From an uncultured Lachnospiraceae bacterium (GTDB taxonomy: Bacteria; Bacillota; Clostridia; Lachnospirales; Lachnospiraceae), in the NCBI GenBank assembly GCA_947650155.1, contig CANSUS010000006.1, forward strand, positions 15,558 to 79,557: 64,000 nucleotides of DNA, read 5' to 3'. Shown one piece after another: positions 27,090-35,958 of the stretch. The stretch's first letter is position 1. The number at the start of each line of letters is the position of its first letter. The translations under genes were made by a program, and so were the position numbers. Below the pieces are notes generated by a model, which worked only from the letters and a program-made list of their open reading frames with translations, did no database searches and had not been told where the DNA came from.

Positions 27090-28376
27090 GTGCGTATAAG
27101 TTCGGCCAATGTGGATATGTATTCAGACAGAACCTATTCGTCCCAAAGTTACGAATCAGAGACAACGCAGATTGTATCTGATCCTATTTTAGTGAAAATG
27201 GTCAAACTGGAACCTAAAAAGGATTTAGGAAAGAACGAAGCTGTCAAAAGTGAAATGGAAGAAACTGTTTTTGAAAAAGAAGTGACTCAGAATGGAGAAA
27301 CAGGGGCGGATACCAAAGAAGCGGAAGAGACAGAAGGTGAAATTGTAGAGAAGGGAACAAAAGAAACGTACTATGTTCCGTTAAATACAGGAAAAATAGC
27401 CACATCACAACAGTTGAAAGACAGACAGACGATCAGACAGCAGTGCATTCAGTATATTCTGGAAATGTTATTTTTAAATAAGGAAAGAAGAGCGAACCGC
27501 CAGGGGATCAAAAAGACTTCTTTTCAGGATTGGCTGAAAGAAAAGGAAAATGCAGGATCATCCGGTTCCACAACAGCTTCTTATTATGATAAAAATGATA
27601 ACAGGAAAAGCAGTTTTACATCATCGGGAACGTATACTGTAGGTGAGAAATTTGATATAGGAGATTTTACAGGCACCTTTTTAGGATATGCGAATGTGGG
27701 GAGCAGAACGTCGATCCGTGAAAGCAGGACAGAGTATTACAGTGAAAAAGAAAGAACATCCTATCAGACGAAGGGAACCGTCGTAACAGCTGACGGAAGA
27801 GAAATTGAATTTAATTTAAGCTTTGCAATGAGCAGGGGATTTGAAAAATACTATAATGAAAATCATGAGAAAAAAGTAGTTTCCTTCTGTGATCCGTTAG
27901 TGATTAATTTAGACAGTACCATGCCAAGCGTATCGGATGAAAAGTTTTTATTTGATATTGACGGAGACGGCGTGCTGGATACCATCTCAAAGCTTTCAGA
28001 AAAAAGCGGTTATCTTGCCATAGATAAAAACGGGGATGGTCAGATCAATGATGGAAACGAGTTATTCGGCACAAAGAGCGGAAATGGATTTGCAGATCTC
28101 GCAGAGTATGACAGCGACGGAAACGGCTGGATTGACGAAGGGGATGAAATCTGGGATAAGCTGATGATCTGGTGTATGGATGAAAATGGGAAGACAGAGC
28201 TTTATCATGTTTCCGAAAAAGGAGTCGGCGCGATCTGCCTTCAGAATGTTTCCAGTGATTTTTCCTTAAATTCGTTAAAAACAAATCAGACCAATGCGGC
28301 GGTGAGAAGTACGGGAATTTTCCTGTATGAAAACGGAGGAGTCGGCACAGTACAGCATATGGATCTGGCAATATAG
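27090..28376 (+). CDS. Hypothetical protein with EF-hand/RTX-associated-like calcium-binding Asp-rich repeats
   Basis: GTG start behind SD AGGAAGGAGG. The C-terminal half has DIDGDGVLD, DKNGDGQINDGNELFG and DSDGNGWIDEGDEIWDKL. Confidence 0.6.
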   Translation: MRISSANVDMYSDRTYSSQSYESETTQIVSDPILVKMVKLEPKKDLGKNEAVKSEMEETVFEKEVTQNGETGADTKEAEETEGEIVEKGTKETYYVPLNTGKIATSQQLKDRQTIRQQCIQYILEMLFLNKERRANRQGIKKTSFQDWLKEKENAGSSGSTTASYYDKNDNRKSSFTSSGTYTVGEKFDIGDFTGTFLGYANVGSRTSIRESRTEYYSEKERTSYQTKGTVVTADGREIEFNLSFAMSRGFEKYYNENHEKKVVSFCDPLVINLDSTMPSVSDEKFLFDIDGDGVLDTISKLSEKSGYLAIDKNGDGQINDGNELFGTKSGNGFADLAEYDSDGNGWIDEGDEIWDKLMIWCMDENGKTELYHVSEKGVGAICLQNVSSDFSLNSLKTNQTNAAVRSTGIFLYENGGVGTVQHMDLAI

Positions 28377-28388
28377 AAAAAAAGTAAC

Positions 28389-28553
28389 GGTTCAGCTTCC
28401 CGCCTGTCGACAGATCAAAATTCTAACGTCACCGCGCTCCCGCTCTGTTCCAGACGTAACAGTACTAGGCTCAAAAATACTTCGCCAAGTGCTGACGTCT
28501 TCCAAAGGGTTCCTTTTAGGATTTTGATCTATCGGCAGGCGGGAGGCTGAACC
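28389..28553. repeat. 165-nt element closed by a 33-bp (extendable to 38-bp) imperfect inverted repeat; either a structured RNA or a MITE-like element
   Basis: GGTTCAGCTTCCCGCCTGTCGACAGATCAAAAT (28389-28421) pairs with ATTTTGATCTATCGGCAGGCGGGAGGCTGAACC (28521-28553). There are 3 non-Watson-Crick positions, and 2 of them are G-U on the plus strand. Confidence 0.8.
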
Positions 28554-28565
28554 ATTACGAAAAGA

Positions 28566-28592
28566 ATAGAATGAAAGACATTTACATACAAT
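28566..28592 (+). promoter_or_regulatory. Sigma-E-type promoter motif upstream of spoIID
   Basis: ATA-N16-CATACAAT matches the mother-cell sigma-E consensus (ATA-N16/18-CATACA-T). Confidence 0.5.
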
Positions 28593-28607
28593 AGAAGAAA
28601 GAAATGT

Positions 28608-29567
28608 ATGGGATGCCTGATGGAAGAGAAAAAAAATATAAAAACCAAAAAGACCATACAAAAATCCTATATCTGGGAGTTTTGTATGGTCTTTTGTATT
28701 ATGCTGATGCTGCCTGTAAATATATCGCTTCTGTTTTCAAGAAAGGAAATGAAAGAATCACAGGGACAGGAAGAGATACTGGAAGGGGAGGACAAAAAGG
28801 ATATTTTGAAATCCAGACTGGAATGGGAGGTGCTTCACGAGCTGGCAAGAACAATCCCTATCGATTATGAGCCGGAGACATTGAAAGCACAGGCGGTTAT
28901 ACTGCGGACAAACATTCTTGCAGATTGGGAAGAGGGAGAAAATAATTTCAAACCCGTTTTGCTTTATGCCTATAAAACAAGATGGGGATCGGATTATGAA
29001 AAAAACTGTGAAAAATTATATGAGGCGGTAATACAGACAAGTGGTATGTATCTGGAAAAGGATCGTAAACCAATAAGAGCCCCGTATTTTCGTTTGAGCA
29101 ATGGCAGTACAAGAAACGCGTCTGAATGTATAGAAGGAGACTATGAGGAGTATCCTGCTGTAGAATGCAGGAAAGATCTGATGAGCCGTGATTTCCTGAA
29201 GCGGATAGAAATAAACGGAACGATTTTTGCAGAGAAAATCAGTGAAATGACAGGGAAACCGGTCTCGTATGAGCAATTAAAAGCGGCACAGGTTACTTAT
29301 CAATATGACAGTGCAGGATATGTGCTTGTAGTCCATATAGGGGAAGAGGAGGTTGGAGGAGAAGCATTCAGACAGGAATTTTTGTTGTCTTCTTCGGATT
29401 TTTTTATTACATATGAAGAACAGCATGTAACAATAGAAACAAAGGGTATTGGAACAGGAATCGGGTTTTGCCAATATGGGGCAAACGAGATGGCAAAAGA
29501 AGGAGAAGATTTCCTGAAACTGCTGGATTATTTTTTTACAAATATTGCAATATCAAAAACTGAATAA
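28608..29567 (+). CDS. spoIID: Stage II sporulation protein D (SpoIID/LytB lytic transglycosylase family)
   Basis: AQAVILRTN, YFRLSNGSTRNASE and GFCQYGANEMAKEG are the SpoIID family blocks. Confidence 0.85.
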   Translation: MGCLMEEKKNIKTKKTIQKSYIWEFCMVFCIMLMLPVNISLLFSRKEMKESQGQEEILEGEDKKDILKSRLEWEVLHELARTIPIDYEPETLKAQAVILRTNILADWEEGENNFKPVLLYAYKTRWGSDYEKNCEKLYEAVIQTSGMYLEKDRKPIRAPYFRLSNGSTRNASECIEGDYEEYPAVECRKDLMSRDFLKRIEINGTIFAEKISEMTGKPVSYEQLKAAQVTYQYDSAGYVLVVHIGEEEVGGEAFRQEFLLSSSDFFITYEEQHVTIETKGIGTGIGFCQYGANEMAKEGEDFLKLLDYFFTNIAISKTE

Positions 29568-29624
29568 CCGCGCAAATTTCGGTAAGACTATTTCTATAAA
29601 ATTAAATGTCGGCAGGAAAGGAGC

Positions 29625-30638
29625 ATGATTATAGAAATGAAAAAGAAAAATGGATCGCGCGGGGGAATAGGAAAAGAGAAGGCCATAATGTTGGCGGCTT
29701 CTGTTTTTGTCTTAAGTGCATTGACGTTAACAGGTGTATATGTAAGAGGAAATAATGGGAAGCAAAATGATGATGGTTATTCCATTGATTTGAGTTCATT
29801 GGAAAATAATAATATTGCGGAAGATCAGGCAGAAGCAGACGTGGAAGAACCGGATGCTTCCCTTTTGGTACAAAACCCCAGTGCGGAATACGAACTGGAT
29901 CTGGAAGCGGTATTGGAAGAAGGAGAATTAGATAATGCGGAGCTTGCCGAGGTGGGAAAGGAGAAAAATAATGGAAATCCTGCACAAACAACACAACAGC
30001 CACAGACGCCGCAGACAAATAAAGAGGCTTCGGAAACAAATTCTGCAGATGAAACACAAAGTACTAAGAAAGAGGACGCAGGTCAGGAGACAAGCCCGTC
30101 TACAGAAACTCTTCCTTCACAGGGAGCTTCCTCCACAGACATTCCATCACTGGATGAAGAAGCGGCGCTGCCTGGTGAAGAAAGCGCTTCCGTTTCTACG
30201 ACAACAACGTGGAGGGCATTGGAGTTTAAAGAGGAATCAGGTCTTGTTTGGCCTACGGTAGGAGAGATCTTAATTAATTACAGCATGGATCAGACAACTT
30301 ATTTTCCTACACTTGCTCAGTATAAATACAATCCTGCCATAATTATACAGGCAGCGGAAGGAAAAACAATTGTTGCCGCAGCAGATGCACAGGTTTTAGA
30401 TATTTATGAGGATGATGAAATAGGAAATGCAGTAAAAATGGATTTGGGAAACGGCTACGAATTAATTTATGGACAACTTGCTGACATCCAGGTAAGTAAA
30501 GGCGCTTATGTTTCTGCAGGCGATGTAATCGGGGTAGTCAGTGCACCTACAAAGTATTATAGTGTGGAAGGAAGCAACCTGTATTTACAGCTTTCTAAAG
30601 ATGGGGAGCCAAGGAATCCGTTGACTTTACTGCCGTAA
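29625..30638 (+). CDS. SpoIIQ-like membrane protein with a degenerate LytM (M23) domain
   Basis: N-terminal TM helix, a low-complexity linker, and a C-terminal M23 fold in which the metal-binding His residues are replaced (LGNG, YGQL, NLYLQL). It lies directly downstream of spoIID. Confidence 0.65.
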   Translation: MIIEMKKKNGSRGGIGKEKAIMLAASVFVLSALTLTGVYVRGNNGKQNDDGYSIDLSSLENNNIAEDQAEADVEEPDASLLVQNPSAEYELDLEAVLEEGELDNAELAEVGKEKNNGNPAQTTQQPQTPQTNKEASETNSADETQSTKKEDAGQETSPSTETLPSQGASSTDIPSLDEEAALPGEESASVSTTTTWRALEFKEESGLVWPTVGEILINYSMDQTTYFPTLAQYKYNPAIIIQAAEGKTIVAAADAQVLDIYEDDEIGNAVKMDLGNGYELIYGQLADIQVSKGAYVSAGDVIGVVSAPTKYYSVEGSNLYLQLSKDGEPRNPLTLLP

Positions 30639-30657
30639 TCTATATTGTAAATGGACA

Positions 30658-30685
30658 AGTTTGTGCCATGTAAACGGCACAAACT
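30658..30685 (+). terminator. Intrinsic terminator
   Basis: AGTTTGTGCC-atgtaaac-GGCACAAACT. Confidence 0.6.
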
Positions 30686-30746
30686 TGATTTAATGTATAT
30701 CTGAAGGTAGATTTTTTATGAATACAAAGAAAGGATATTAAACAGA

Positions 30747-31919
30747 ATGAGCCGTATTTTTATAAAGAATGGGAAAATTATGACTATGGCAGGTCTCATT
30801 CATGAACATGGCAGTATTTTACTGGAAGAAGGAAAAATACAGGCAGTCGGTAAAATTCAAATCGATGAGAAAAAAGAAGATCTGACAGTAATCGATGCAA
30901 AAGGAAATTGGGTCATGCCCGGGCTTATGGAGGCGCACTGCCATATAGGAATCAGTGAAGAGAAGAAAGGGATGGAAGGGGATGACTGCAATGAAAACGT
31001 AGAACCTGTTACACCCTGGCTTCGGGGAATTGACGCCATAAATCCAATGGACGCAGCTTTTGATGATGCGGTAAGAGCGGGGATTACAACAGTAATGGCC
31101 GGCCCTGGCAGCTCGAATGTGGTTGGCGGACAGTTTGCAGTAATAAAGACAAAAGGAAGATGTATCGACGATCTGATTCTTAAGGCGCCTGCTGCCATGA
31201 AGGTAGCATTTGGTGAAAATCCGAAAGTAAACTACAGCGGTCAGGGAAAAATGCCGGTGACCAGAATGTCAATTGCAGGAATGCTCCGCCAGGAAATTTT
31301 TGCAGCGAAGCAGTATCTGGAAAACAAAGAAAGTAATGCGGAAAATTTTGAAGAAGATTTTCAGTATGAAAGCTGGATTCCTGTTTTAAAAAAGGAAATT
31401 CCCATAAAGGCGCATGTGCATAGGGCGGACGACATTTTTACAGCGCTTCGTATTGCAAAGGAATTTGATTTGAATATTACTTTGGACCATTGCAGTGAAG
31501 GACATTTAATAGCTGAAGCCATTGCAAAAAGCGGGGCGCCTGCCATTGTGGGACCGGATTTTGCAAGCAGAAATAAAATAGAAGTACAAAATATGGCATT
31601 TAAGACAGCAGGAATTTTACAAAAGGCAGGAACACTCGTTGCCATCACAACAGACCATCCTGTATCAATTATAAAATCCCTTCCGCTATGTGCCGGTATG
31701 GCAGTAAAAGCGGGTCTTCCTTTAGAAGAAGGATTAAAGGCAATTACTATCAATCCGGCGGTGATCTGCGGAGTGGAGGACAGGGTTGGAAGTCTTGAGG
31801 TAGGAAAAGATGCAGATGTAGTTATTTTTTCAGGAAATCCAATGGAAGTTTTTACGGAAACGCTGTGCACGATTATAGACGGAAATATTGTTTATCAGAA
31901 AGAGGGTTTCTTGACGTAG
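30747..31919 (+). CDS. Amidohydrolase family metallo-hydrolase
   Basis: MPGLMEAHCHIG is the HxH metal motif. The TIM-barrel amidohydrolase pattern runs through to DADVVIF. Confidence 0.75.
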   Translation: MSRIFIKNGKIMTMAGLIHEHGSILLEEGKIQAVGKIQIDEKKEDLTVIDAKGNWVMPGLMEAHCHIGISEEKKGMEGDDCNENVEPVTPWLRGIDAINPMDAAFDDAVRAGITTVMAGPGSSNVVGGQFAVIKTKGRCIDDLILKAPAAMKVAFGENPKVNYSGQGKMPVTRMSIAGMLRQEIFAAKQYLENKESNAENFEEDFQYESWIPVLKKEIPIKAHVHRADDIFTALRIAKEFDLNITLDHCSEGHLIAEAIAKSGAPAIVGPDFASRNKIEVQNMAFKTAGILQKAGTLVAITTDHPVSIIKSLPLCAGMAVKAGLPLEEGLKAITINPAVICGVEDRVGSLEVGKDADVVIFSGNPMEVFTETLCTIIDGNIVYQKEGFLT

Positions 31920-31990
31920 GTTTCATACCGGGGGTATAATACAAAGGATACTTTATATGAAAACATCAGCGTGGGAAAGGTATATGTTAC

Positions 31991-33370
31991 ATGAGACAAA
32001 AGATCCTATTGTGTCTGATAAACGTTGTCATATTGTTCACAGGATGTTCTGCAAAAGAGACAGAAACAGTTCCGATAATACCAAAGGCAACAGGGGGAAT
32101 GGAGAAAGAACCCATACTGGAATATACAATTCCTGATTGTGCGCCGGGTATCCTTGTGAATCAGGCAGGATACAAAATTGAAGACAAAAAAGTTGCCATA
32201 TTCCGGGGGAAAACTCTGCCGGATACTTTTCATGTCTGCAATGCCGAAACGGGGGAGGTTGTTTTTGAGGGAAATCTGGAACTACGGGGAAGCGACAAGG
32301 TAACAGGAGAGCAGATTGGATATGCCGGTTTTACGGAGGTGCAGACGCCGGGGGAATATTATATTGAGTCCGATATTTTAGGGTATTCCTATACTTTTCC
32401 TATCAATGATAAGATTTATAAGGAGCTTTTGGAACAAAATATACTCAGATTGCATACAAAAGTTGAAAATAGGGAGTCATTAACAGAAGAAGAAATTACC
32501 AATACCTGTAAAGCAGTGACGAATATTTTGATTGCTTTTGAGATGCATGGAGAAATATTCGGAGATGATCTGGGAATTCAGGAGAGTGGGAATGAAATTC
32601 CGGATCTTATAGATATCCTGCATTCTCAAATCATTTTGTTATCAGAGCAGAAGGAGATCGTACTTTCATCTGCTGATTGGGAGATGGTTTCTTACTATGC
32701 ATCGGCAATTGCAAAATTCAGCTATACATATAAAGAATACGACAGTGTATTTGCAACTTCCTGTCTGCAATTGGCGGATTCGGTATGGAGATATATGGAA
32801 AGAAATGCCTCTCAGGTGGACGGCAAATTTCGATTTATGGCAGCCGCTGAATTATACAGGGTATCGGGCGGCGGAAAGTATCATAATTATATAAAAGAGT
32901 ATTGCAGGAATACTGAGGAGCCGGTGAATGCGGAAAGAGAAGCGGTGTATGGCGCTGTGACCTATATTGCAACAAGGCAGCAAGTTGATATGGATATTTG
33001 TGCACGGTTTATGAAAGAGATTATGAACGAGGCGGAGGAAATATCTGCGCAGACAGGAAGTTCATTTTATCAGGTAAACATAACTGCAGACCAGAAAAAT
33101 AATGATGAAATTATGTGGGATATGGTGGTGCTTACTATTGTGGATCATGTAATTTCAAATCATGAGTATGCAACGATTATTGAAAATCACCTTCACTATC
33201 TGCTTGGCCGTAATTCTATGGCAATCAGTTATGTGGACGGTGTGGGGGAAAGGGATTATTCTGTGAAAGAAGGGCAGCAGTCCATAATGGATGGTGGTTT
33301 TAAGGAGTCTGCACTGCTGTTTATGCTAAGCGAAGTGAATGACCGTGATATAGAGGAAGAACAGGAATAA
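31991..33370 (+). CDS. Lipoprotein with a cellulase-type N-terminal Ig-like (CelD_N-like) domain and no obvious GH9 catalytic motifs
   Basis: Lipobox LFTGCS. VNQAGYKIEDKKVAIF...GEYYIESD...SYTFPI resembles the Ig-like module that precedes GH9 domains. I did not see the DAGD/H-R-R type GH9 motifs. Confidence 0.45.
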   Translation: MRQKILLCLINVVILFTGCSAKETETVPIIPKATGGMEKEPILEYTIPDCAPGILVNQAGYKIEDKKVAIFRGKTLPDTFHVCNAETGEVVFEGNLELRGSDKVTGEQIGYAGFTEVQTPGEYYIESDILGYSYTFPINDKIYKELLEQNILRLHTKVENRESLTEEEITNTCKAVTNILIAFEMHGEIFGDDLGIQESGNEIPDLIDILHSQIILLSEQKEIVLSSADWEMVSYYASAIAKFSYTYKEYDSVFATSCLQLADSVWRYMERNASQVDGKFRFMAAAELYRVSGGGKYHNYIKEYCRNTEEPVNAEREAVYGAVTYIATRQQVDMDICARFMKEIMNEAEEISAQTGSSFYQVNITADQKNNDEIMWDMVVLTIVDHVISNHEYATIIENHLHYLLGRNSMAISYVDGVGERDYSVKEGQQSIMDGGFKESALLFMLSEVNDRDIEEEQE

Positions 33371-33474
33371 TGAAAGCACTTTTTGCAAGATATATAGCAC
33401 TAAATCATCTTTTTATCGGAAAAGTGTGCTGATAAAATGAAGGAAGGAAATGTAAGGGAGGGATACATGCATTT

Positions 33475-34500
33475 ATGAAGATAGTAGTTTTGGCAGGCGG
33501 GATCAGTACGGAAAGAGATGTTTCTTTAAGCTCAGGAACTATGATATACCATGCATTAAAGGAAAAAGGACATCAGGTAATTCTTTTGGATGTGTTTTTA
33601 GGATATCAGGGTGATACGGCACATCTTTTTGAATTGGATGAGGATTGGGCTAAGGAAACGGGAAGGGTGACAGAAAAAAATCCTGATATAGAAAAAATTA
33701 AGGCAATGCGCCCGGACGGGGATAAAGTTTTTTTCGGACCGAATGTACTTACAATCTGTCAAAGCGCAGATATTGTATTTTTGGCGCTGCATGGAGAGAA
33801 TGGAGAGAATGGAAAAGTGCAGGCCTGTTTTGATTTAATGGGAATTAAATATACAGGAACAGATTATGTCAGCTCGGCTCTTTGCATGGATAAGGGACTA
33901 ACGAAAGAAATGTTTGCTTCTCATAATATTCCTACGCCGAAGGGAATTTCTCTGAAAAAGGGAGAAGAGGATCGAAGGGAGGTGCCGCTTCCCTGTGTGG
34001 TAAAAGCATGCTGCGGGGGGTCCAGTGTAGGCGTATGCATTGTACAGGATGAGAAAGAATATGAAAAAGCAAAAGAAGAGGCATTTTTGTATGATAATGA
34101 AGTGATTATTGAGCAATATATAAAGGGACGTGAGTTTTCAATCGGCGTAATGGAGGGAAGGGCGCTTCCGATTATAGAGATTGCGCCAATAAACGGTTTT
34201 TATGATTATAAAAATAAATATCAGGCAGGGAGTACGGTAGAGACTTGTCCGGCGGCGCTGAGTGCAGAAAAGACGAAAGAAATGCAGGGCTATGCGGAAG
34301 CAGCATTCAGAGTATTGCGTTTAAGAAATTATGCCCGTATGGATTTTATGATGAATGAAAAGGAAGAGATTTATTGTCTGGAGGCGAATACGCTTCCGGG
34401 AATGACGCCTACATCGCTTCTGCCACAGGAGGCGGCAGCAGAAGGAACTTCGTATGGGGATCTGTGTGAAAAGATTATCAGAATTTCGTTAAATGCCTGA
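33475..34500 (+). CDS. ddl: D-alanine--D-alanine ligase
   Basis: GGISTERDVSLSSG, HGENGENG and EANTLPGMT blocks. Confidence 0.9.
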   Translation: MKIVVLAGGISTERDVSLSSGTMIYHALKEKGHQVILLDVFLGYQGDTAHLFELDEDWAKETGRVTEKNPDIEKIKAMRPDGDKVFFGPNVLTICQSADIVFLALHGENGENGKVQACFDLMGIKYTGTDYVSSALCMDKGLTKEMFASHNIPTPKGISLKKGEEDRREVPLPCVVKACCGGSSVGVCIVQDEKEYEKAKEEAFLYDNEVIIEQYIKGREFSIGVMEGRALPIIEIAPINGFYDYKNKYQAGSTVETCPAALSAEKTKEMQGYAEAAFRVLRLRNYARMDFMMNEKEEIYCLEANTLPGMTPTSLLPQEAAAEGTSYGDLCEKIIRISLNA

Positions 34501-34513
34501 ATGGAGGATCAGT

Positions 34514-35908
34514 ATGAAAAATATGACGTTAGTGTCAATTGCGGAGAGCTGCGGCGGTACGGTTCATAATGCAGGTACAGAGTGGGATAAAACAGCAGCG
34601 GGGGTCGTAATTGATTCCCGAAAGGTGGAGAAGGATTATATATTTATTGCAACAAAGGGGGAACGTGTCGACGGGCATAACTTTATCCCGCAGGCAGCAG
34701 AAAAAGGCGCGATGGCTGTTGTATGTGAAAAAGTGCCTGAAGGAGAAAAAATCCCCTATATTCTTGTGAAAGATTCTTTTCAGGCATTGAAGGACATCGC
34801 GGAATATTACAGAAAACAGCTTTCAGTCAAAGTTGTGGGGATTACAGGAAGCGTGGGAAAGACAAGTACGAAGGAATTTATTGCCGAAGTGCTTTCACAG
34901 AAATTTAAAGTGTTAAAGACGGAAGGAAATTTCAATAATGAAGTAGGTCTTCCGCTTACAGTGCTGCAAATACGGGAGGAACACGAAGTGGCGGTACTGG
35001 AAATGGGAATCAGCCATTTTGGGGAGATGCACCGGCTCAGTAAAATTGCAAAACCGGATATCTGTGTTATGACTAATATTGGACAGTGCCATTTGGAGTT
35101 TTTAGGTACGAGAGAAGGAATCTTAAAAGCGAAGTCAGAAATTTTTGATTATGCTTCAAAAGATGCTGCAGTTTTTGTAAACGGTGATGACGACATGCTG
35201 CAAACAGTACGGGAAGTAAACGGAAAACCGCTTGTCTATTTTGGATTTTCCGAAAAGAATGACGTTTATGCAACAGACATGGAAAACAGAGGACTGTTTG
35301 GCAGTGAAGTAAAGATTCACCGGATGCGGAAAAACGGAGTGGGAGAATGCTATGCCGTTTCGATTCCTCTGCCGGGAGAGCATATGGTATATAATGCGCT
35401 GGCAGCCGCGAGTGTGGGAAGGGTACTGGGATTGAGCACAGAGCAGATTCAGGCGGGTATTTCTTCAGTAAGACCGGTAGGAGGAAGGAGCAATATTATC
35501 CGGGGTGAAAAATATATTCTGATAGACGACTGCTATAATGCAAATCCGGTGTCTATGGAAGCGGCAATTGATCTGCTGAAAATGGCGCTGACAAGAAAAG
35601 TGGCCGTTTTGGGAGATATGTTTGAACTGGGAGAAAACTCCGACGCCCTGCATGAGAGAGTCGGCAAATATGCAGTGGAAAACGGGGTGGATATGCTTCT
35701 TTGCGTAGGAGAGAACGCCCGCTTTATGTATGAAGCGGCGCAGAAAAAGAAGGAAGAAGTCCGTACAGATGCCAGACTGCATTATTTCAAGACAAGGGAA
35801 GAATTAGAACAGGTGATAGAGAGCCTCTTAACGGAAAAAGATACGGTGCTGATCAAGGCTTCTCATGGAATGGGATTTGAGAGTATTGTAAAAAAGCTGT
35901 CGCAGTGA
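34514..35908 (+). CDS. murF: UDP-N-acetylmuramoyl-tripeptide--D-alanyl-D-alanine ligase
   Basis: GITGSVGKTSTKE P-loop, DDCYNANP, and position downstream of ddl. Confidence 0.9.
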   Translation: MKNMTLVSIAESCGGTVHNAGTEWDKTAAGVVIDSRKVEKDYIFIATKGERVDGHNFIPQAAEKGAMAVVCEKVPEGEKIPYILVKDSFQALKDIAEYYRKQLSVKVVGITGSVGKTSTKEFIAEVLSQKFKVLKTEGNFNNEVGLPLTVLQIREEHEVAVLEMGISHFGEMHRLSKIAKPDICVMTNIGQCHLEFLGTREGILKAKSEIFDYASKDAAVFVNGDDDMLQTVREVNGKPLVYFGFSEKNDVYATDMENRGLFGSEVKIHRMRKNGVGECYAVSIPLPGEHMVYNALAAASVGRVLGLSTEQIQAGISSVRPVGGRSNIIRGEKYILIDDCYNANPVSMEAAIDLLKMALTRKVAVLGDMFELGENSDALHERVGKYAVENGVDMLLCVGENARFMYEAAQKKKEEVRTDARLHYFKTREELEQVIESLLTEKDTVLIKASHGMGFESIVKKLSQ

Positions 35909-35917
35909 CAGCTTTTT
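35891..35917 (+). terminator. Intrinsic terminator overlapping the murF stop codon
   Basis: AAAAAGCTGTC-gcagt-GACAGCTTTTT. Confidence 0.7.
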
Positions 35918-35958
35918 GTATTCTGTAAGTCTGCCCGTAAAATACGGCAGCGTTTACT

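Noticed and set aside
28389-28553. A firm call of this element as 6S RNA (ssrS).
   Set aside because: The end-to-end pairing is 6S-like. However, the closing helix is almost perfect over 38 bp, total length is only ~165 nt, and I could not fold the interior into a central bubble plus terminal arm. The strand is also ambiguous. I kept it as an unassigned element.
28392-28661. The 89-aa minus-strand ORF, and the 66-aa plus-strand ORF (28327-28527), which span the inverted-repeat element.
   Set aside because: Neither has an SD. They run through the palindromic arms and the spoIID promoter and start region, and their composition is typical of non-coding frames.
33364-33474. A possible riboswitch upstream of ddl, based on long-range pairing AGCACUUUU/AAAAGUGUGCU.
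   Set aside because: It is a single imperfect helix with no recognisable conserved riboswitch core and no terminator or SD-sequestering alternative.
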